64,000 bases of DNA from Halobacteriovoraceae bacterium. GTDB taxonomy: Bacteria > Bdellovibrionota > Bacteriovoracia > Bacteriovoracales > Bacteriovoracaceae. Numbering within the stretch: position 1 is the stretch's first letter; every line of letters starts with the position of its first letter. The notes under the pieces were generated by a model, which saw only the letters and a program-made list of their open reading frames with translations, had not been told where the DNA came from and did not search any database. The DNA lies in the NCBI GenBank assembly GCA_963719505.1, contig CAVRCF010000005.1, forward strand, positions 768,001 through 832,000, given 5' to 3'. The translations under genes were made by a program, and so were the position numbers. Shown here one piece after another: positions 59,327 through 64,000 of the stretch.

Positions 59327-60511
59327 TTAGTTAAAGATCGTTGAGATCATGTTGTTGAAATCTTCTGGGCTTGTTCCAACTTTCTTAGAAGCTTTTTCTA
59401 ATAAAGAGTTCAACATCTCAGAATCACCTTTTTTACTTTCAACAACCGCTGAAGCAATCTGTCCCATATCAAAACCAACTAGTTCTTTAGTAAATGCTGA
59501 TGCATCCGCTTCAGTTAAGTCACGACTACCAGCAACCTGATTGAACTGATGAGCAACTGTCGCCATTCTTTGAGCTGAAGAATGAGTTAGTCCAAATCTT
59601 GTTTGTAACTGAGAGCTCATTGCATTTAAGTAATGCTGTTCTTTAAGAGCAATTAATTTACCCATATCAACTGTTCCACCGTCTGCGTGTGAAAGAACGA
59701 TTGAACCAGTTTCAATAGCATTTTGAGAACTAAATTTTGGAAGTTTAGAGTAATCGATTAAGTCTTCGTTAACCATTGCCGCTAATTTAGCTGCTGGGTT
59801 TTTTGTCGTAACACTTAGACCAATCGCTGCATCGTAACCGTCATCAAATCCGTCATCGTAACCGATGTCAAAGTTAATATCAAAAGCGATATCGTATGCA
59901 TCACCGTAACCAACTCCGTACCCATTGCTTTCACCAACGTCAAAACCAACTGAATATCCGTCATCATAACCGTCAGCGAAACCATCGATATCACCGTCAG
60001 TATAACCGTCGCTGTATCCGTTTCCGTAACCGTCAAAAGCTCCGTCATTAAATCCTACGTTATAAGCACTTCCATAGTTATTGTTATAAGAGTTAGCATA
60101 CGCTGGGTCGTAAGTCGTTGCATAAGCACCGTCATAACCTGCGTTGTAACCATCAGTTGTTCCATCAGCATTACCATCTTGAGTTCCCATAGGAGTCCCA
60201 GCATCGTAACCTGCATCGTAACCAGCGATACCACCATCTCCGTAGCCTTCCATATAGTCAGCAGAAGCGAAGTCTGTATACGCTTGGTCATAACCTTGAT
60301 CGTAACCTTGGATTTCACCAGCAGCAAAACCATCAGTTTGACCATCAGTCGCCCCGTCCGCTCTACCATCGCTATTTCCAGTTGAGTAAGCGCTATCGTA
60401 GCTAGAGCTATACGTTGAGTTGTAACCAGCGTTGAAACCTTCGTCGTATTTAGAATTACATCCTGTTCCGATAAAAGCTGTCACAGCTAGCACTGCAAGA
60501 TACTTGTTCAT
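59327..60511 (-). CDS. Lipoprotein with G-[YF]-x-D tetrad repeats, paralog 1
   Basis: ATG 60511 after AAGGAG; lipobox FIGTGC; same architecture as paralog 2. Confidence 0.8.
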   Translation of the reverse strand: MNKYLAVLAVTAFIGTGCNSKYDEGFNAGYNSTYSSSYDSAYSTGNSDGRADGATDGQTDGFAAGEIQGYDQGYDQAYTDFASADYMEGYGDGGIAGYDAGYDAGTPMGTQDGNADGTTDGYNAGYDGAYATTYDPAYANSYNNNYGSAYNVGFNDGAFDGYGNGYSDGYTDGDIDGFADGYDDGYSVGFDVGESNGYGVGYGDAYDIAFDINFDIGYDDGFDDGYDAAIGLSVTTKNPAAKLAAMVNEDLIDYSKLPKFSSQNAIETGSIVLSHADGGTVDMGKLIALKEQHYLNAMSSQLQTRFGLTHSSAQRMATVAHQFNQVAGSRDLTEADASAFTKELVGFDMGQIASAVVESKKGDSEMLNSLLEKASKKVGTSPEDFNNMISTIFN

Positions 60512-60686
60512 GTTGTCTCCTTGAGTGTTTTGTGTTCGTTCGTTTTGTTTTGTTTCGTCTTTTTTGTTGTTTTGCGAGCAACTAAAAATCCTAACTTTCT
60601 TACATTCATTTTGTTTTTTTCTCAATCTTGTTTGTAATATTTTCCTTTTTTATTTCCGCTGCTTGACGCTTTTAGTAATGTATTTT

Positions 60687-60705
60687 TTGAAACAGTTTGT
60701 TTCAA
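60687..60705. promoter_or_regulatory. Perfect palindrome TTGAAACA-N3-TGTTTCAA
   Basis: 8-bp arms, about 175 bp upstream of the repeat-lipoprotein operon. Confidence 0.45.
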
Positions 60706-60805
60706 TTCTTACATCACCTATGGAGCTTCAAGATCAACATAGTTCATACTGAAGCCATCATTTGTTAAACATAATATAGAGTACTTTGAATTTCCTTGAG
60801 CCGTT

Positions 60806-63800
60806 TTAAGTGGGTTTTTGTGCCACACAGTTACTAGGAATATTTAAACTCATATCAACCGGTGCAATCAGTTCATCTCCAACTTTAGTAAGAAGATAAA
60901 CATTATTCCCAGTGAGGCTTGTAGCATCGACATAAATCGCAGGCTGCATCTGACCGTCTCTATTTAAGATCGTCATAGGGATATAGAGTTCACTCATTCT
61001 ACTTCCAGGAAGGAAAGAAAACTTCTTTGCCTTTCTTTTAAATGACTTTTGAACACCATCAATAGATTCAACCATCATAATATAGTCAACAGTTTCTAAA
61101 ACAGTGGTCTGCTGATTTCCCTTTTGAAAGAGTGACAGAAAAGACATTATTCTATCGTTCTCGTCTCTCATTCTAAAGCTTGTTGCAAGTTCACTATTGC
61201 CTTCAACAGAAGTGATCGTGACAAGGTCATCAGTGAGAAAGGAAACAAAAGCATTTTGAGCAGAAGTGTTTAACATTTCACCATCCATTGAAAAAACAGG
61301 GTGATGAGCTGAAGCTTCTAGTCTTTCTGTTATATTTTCTTGAACAGCGACGTCAAAGTCTGATCCATTAAAAGTTAAAAGGGCATTCTCTCTATAAAAT
61401 CCAAGTCCAACAGAGACTAGAGCTTTTACAGTACCATTTGAAAAGTCATTCATGTTCTGATTTAAAAGTTGAATGACCTGCACGTTTGTATCGGCCAAAC
61501 TAATCGTTTGAGCGATAGAGTCTTTTAGTTTTTCTTTCACAATATTAACAAACTTTGAATTCATCTGAGTTCTAGCTTTAAACTGAGTATACTCACCTTC
61601 AATAACTTCCAAATGATAAATTCTTCTCATAACAGAGGTGTCTTTAGGTTTCCAAGGATCAAAAACTTGATCTTCATCAGGAAGTGCACCAGTTCCAATA
61701 AAGTAAGGTACGGCTAAAAATTGTCCGTCAGAAAGCTGCGTTTTCATCAACCGAACAGTATCAGGCGTCACATTAACGATTGTTGGGTAATATCTAATAT
61801 CAGAATGTTTACCAATTAATGGCTCGAGGTTCTCATCTCTATACGAGTAAAGAATATAACCATCCTCGCCTTCTGGTTTCACTACAGTCTTGATTAAATA
61901 ATCATTTTTCCCGTCGTAGTTGTAGTCTCCTCTTAAAACAGAGATTAAGCTCACCGCTTTATGAATAAAGAGGTCGTTTTGAGCTTGAAGAAACTTATCG
62001 ACCGCATGATTAAAGAAGAAAAGCTTGATACCATCTTCTGAGGCTTCAAGAGTTTCCCCTCTTTCAGCTTTAGCCTGATATTTTACATAGTAGCTTGGAA
62101 AATCATTTCCTGAAAAAACATCTTCGACCGTTCTTAAGTTATCTCTTAGCTGTTTTTCTTCATTATCCCAAAGACCTACAGGAACTTTTTGAGAAGGATC
62201 TTTAAAAACGAAAGGAAGCTTTCTTTCTGAATTTGAATTGGGAACCAAAAACTGCTTTGAAACAGTTACTTCGTGCTCAAACTGCTCAATTTTAACAATC
62301 TTTTGCTCATCATCAAGGTGTTTGATAACAACTAAAAACCTTGTCTGCTTATCGATAAATTTCGAAGAGATAAGACCCTCAAATTTAATGACAGACTTAT
62401 CTGCGACTGGTTTTCCAGCAGCATTAGATTCCTCAATCATTTGCGCCACCAATTTTTCGTAGTTTGGCATCTCATTAAAAGTGATCGAGTTTCCTTTTAG
62501 TTTCACTCTTGCATCTTTGAAGAAGAGCTCTACTTTAATATTTTTGGTATCCGCTCCATAATTTCTGATTGGAAGAAGAAGATCAAACTCACCGTTTAGA
62601 GGGCTGAAAACAATTTCTGAATTCAGTTTAAAAACTGGTTTAACACTAGGTGCTTCTTTCAGATCAAATGCTTTTTCAAGATTTAGTAAACCGTGAAGAG
62701 ACTTAAATGAATCCTCTTTTTTACCGGCAGAGTCGTATAATCTTCTCATGACTTCATACATACTCATGTCTGGATTTGCACCCTTTAGAAGTGCTGCAGC
62801 AGCTGAAACAAATGGTGCCGCTTGTGACGTACCACTTAAAATATCGTAACCTTGGATATTCATTTTAATAGGAATGAATTCCGTTGGAATTGTTGAAAGA
62901 ATCTGATCTCCTGGCGCAAGAATATCGACCTCTCCACCATAGTTTGAAAAGGCTGAAACACTTCCATCTGCATCAACAGAACCAACACAAATCACGTTTT
63001 CGTAAGCACAAGGAAAGATATTTCCGTTTGTATTGTTATTTCCAGCTGCGGCCACAACAACAATATTATTCCTTACCGCTTCTCTAATAACATTTCTCAT
63101 AAATGCCGTATCCATAGATTTTGGCCATCCAAGAGAGAGGTTAATAACATCAACTCCTCTTTTTACTGCGTAAAGAATTCCATTTGCAATTCTTTTAGAT
63201 GGCGCTTTCATAAGCATACGATCTCTATCTGAAGTCTCATCAGCTCTACCAGTAACCTTTACGGGTAAAATTTTAATTTTGTCTGAAACACCCGAGACAC
63301 CATTTTCATTATTCTTTTTTGCAGCGATAATCCCTGCAACATGAGTTCCATGGTTCTTATCATCTCTTGGAAATTGAATATTGAGTGGATCGATAGCGGC
63401 AAAGTTAAAGCCAAGACAATCGGCAGCGTATTTGTTTCCATCTCTATCAACTCTTGTCCCAACCGGAACATTTCCATCACTGTCACATTCTGCATCGTTG
63501 CGATACATCTGGTCTACAAGTTCAGGGTGATTAAGATCGATCCCCATATCAACGACAGCGACAACAGGTGTCTTTTTTAGGCTTTTTTCAATACCTTCGA
63601 TAGCATTTTTCCAGCCGATATCAACCCCTGTGACTCCTTCAATCTCTTCAGGCCCACCTTTGAGCTTTTGCTTAGAAATAATTTGATTTTGATTTTGAAG
63701 ACCCCATTGAAGAGGGAAAAGCATATCATTGGTGGTTCTTTCACTTTTTGGATTAGCTTTAATTTCGAAAAAATCAGCTTCAAATTCACTCTCAACAAGC

Positions 63801-64000
63801 TTTACATTCGGAAGAGCTGACAAATCAGATTTTTTCCCGTCGAACTCTACCGAATAAAGTCTATCAAAATATTCCGAAGAATAAGGTGTAAAGTTTTTAA
63901 TCGTCTTAACGCCTTGTCCTTTCAGTTCCGAAAGCTCTAGAGCATCTAATGGATGATTCATCTCAACAACATAGCTTTTTGCAAAAGTGAGGGTTGAAAG
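60806..64000 (-). CDS. S8 (subtilisin) serine peptidase with long C-terminal extension; 5' end probably outside the window
   Basis: Triad motifs VAVVDMG, HGTHVAG, GTSQAAP; oxyanion AAAGN; frame open to the window edge and no signal peptide inside the window. Confidence 0.9.
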   Translation of the reverse strand, partial: LSTLTFAKSYVVEMNHPLDALELSELKGQGVKTIKNFTPYSSEYFDRLYSVEFDGKKSDLSALPNVKLVESEFEADFFEIKANPKSERTTNDMLFPLQWGLQNQNQIISKQKLKGGPEEIEGVTGVDIGWKNAIEGIEKSLKKTPVVAVVDMGIDLNHPELVDQMYRNDAECDSDGNVPVGTRVDRDGNKYAADCLGFNFAAIDPLNIQFPRDDKNHGTHVAGIIAAKKNNENGVSGVSDKIKILPVKVTGRADETSDRDRMLMKAPSKRIANGILYAVKRGVDVINLSLGWPKSMDTAFMRNVIREAVRNNIVVVAAAGNNNTNGNIFPCAYENVICVGSVDADGSVSAFSNYGGEVDILAPGDQILSTIPTEFIPIKMNIQGYDILSGTSQAAPFVSAAAALLKGANPDMSMYEVMRRLYDSAGKKEDSFKSLHGLLNLEKAFDLKEAPSVKPVFKLNSEIVFSPLNGEFDLLLPIRNYGADTKNIKVELFFKDARVKLKGNSITFNEMPNYEKLVAQMIEESNAAGKPVADKSVIKFEGLISSKFIDKQTRFLVVIKHLDDEQKIVKIEQFEHEVTVSKQFLVPNSNSERKLPFVFKDPSQKVPVGLWDNEEKQLRDNLRTVEDVFSGNDFPSYYVKYQAKAERGETLEASEDGIKLFFFNHAVDKFLQAQNDLFIHKAVSLISVLRGDYNYDGKNDYLIKTVVKPEGEDGYILYSYRDENLEPLIGKHSDIRYYPTIVNVTPDTVRLMKTQLSDGQFLAVPYFIGTGALPDEDQVFDPWKPKDTSVMRRIYHLEVIEGEYTQFKARTQMNSKFVNIVKEKLKDSIAQTISLADTNVQVIQLLNQNMNDFSNGTVKALVSVGLGFYRENALLTFNGSDFDVAVQENITERLEASAHHPVFSMDGEMLNTSAQNAFVSFLTDDLVTITSVEGNSELATSFRMRDENDRIMSFLSLFQKGNQQTTVLETVDYIMMVESIDGVQKSFKRKAKKFSFLPGSRMSELYIPMTILNRDGQMQPAIYVDATSLTGNNVYLLTKVGDELIAPVDMSLNIPSNCVAQKPT

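Noticed and set aside
58600-60450. 12-nt periodic DNA as a CRISPR array, VNTR or ice-nucleation gene
   Set aside because: The periodicity is degenerate and protein-driven; there is no repeat-spacer structure, no cas gene and no AGYGST octapeptide
60512-60625. 38-aa N-terminal extension of repeat lipoprotein 1
   Set aside because: It is a translation of the low-complexity leader; the RBS and signal peptide fit ATG 60511
4806-63798. Many 60-112 aa ORFs nested in or antisense to long genes (e.g. 42273-42611, 35086-35271, 60055-60369)
   Set aside because: Shadow ORFs of well-supported genes, with no RBS or family motifs

Overview
AT-rich bacterial chromosomal segment. Gene content (giant Calx-beta/RCC1 lipoproteins, a large S8 protease, many orphan lipoproteins, sigma54- and FliA-like promoters) suggests a predatory Bdellovibrionota, probably Bacteriovoracia-like; this is inference. 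From left to right: (1) a redoxin/YtkA-like divergon; (2) lexA divergent from a highly diverged imuA-imuB-dnaE2 mutagenesis cassette, separated by a duplicated GTAC-N7-GTAC box; (3) a CusCBA-type metal efflux operon back-to-back with an ECF sigma factor and a His/Cys-rich membrane partner, with matching TGTCACAA-N13-TTCGTAA promoters in both directions; (4) transport and regulatory genes; (5) a Tat-exported propeller paired with an ART-like lipoprotein; (6) a ~6.2 kb decayed island at the tRNA-Cys 3' end carrying brnTA, four IS elements or remnants, and one small gene broken by two (probably three) separate IS insertions; (7) ihfB and queA-tgt-yajC-tatA-secD-secF; (8) an orphan ParA with a small partner; (9) two giant surface lipoproteins plus a beta-barrel; (10) two tandem paralogous lipoproteins with ~200-residue G-[YF]-x-D tetrad repeats; (11) an S8 protease cut by the window edge, with an apparent 1-nt frameshift near its C-terminus. 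No CRISPR array or rRNA was seen. All calls come from reading motifs by eye; no searches were run.
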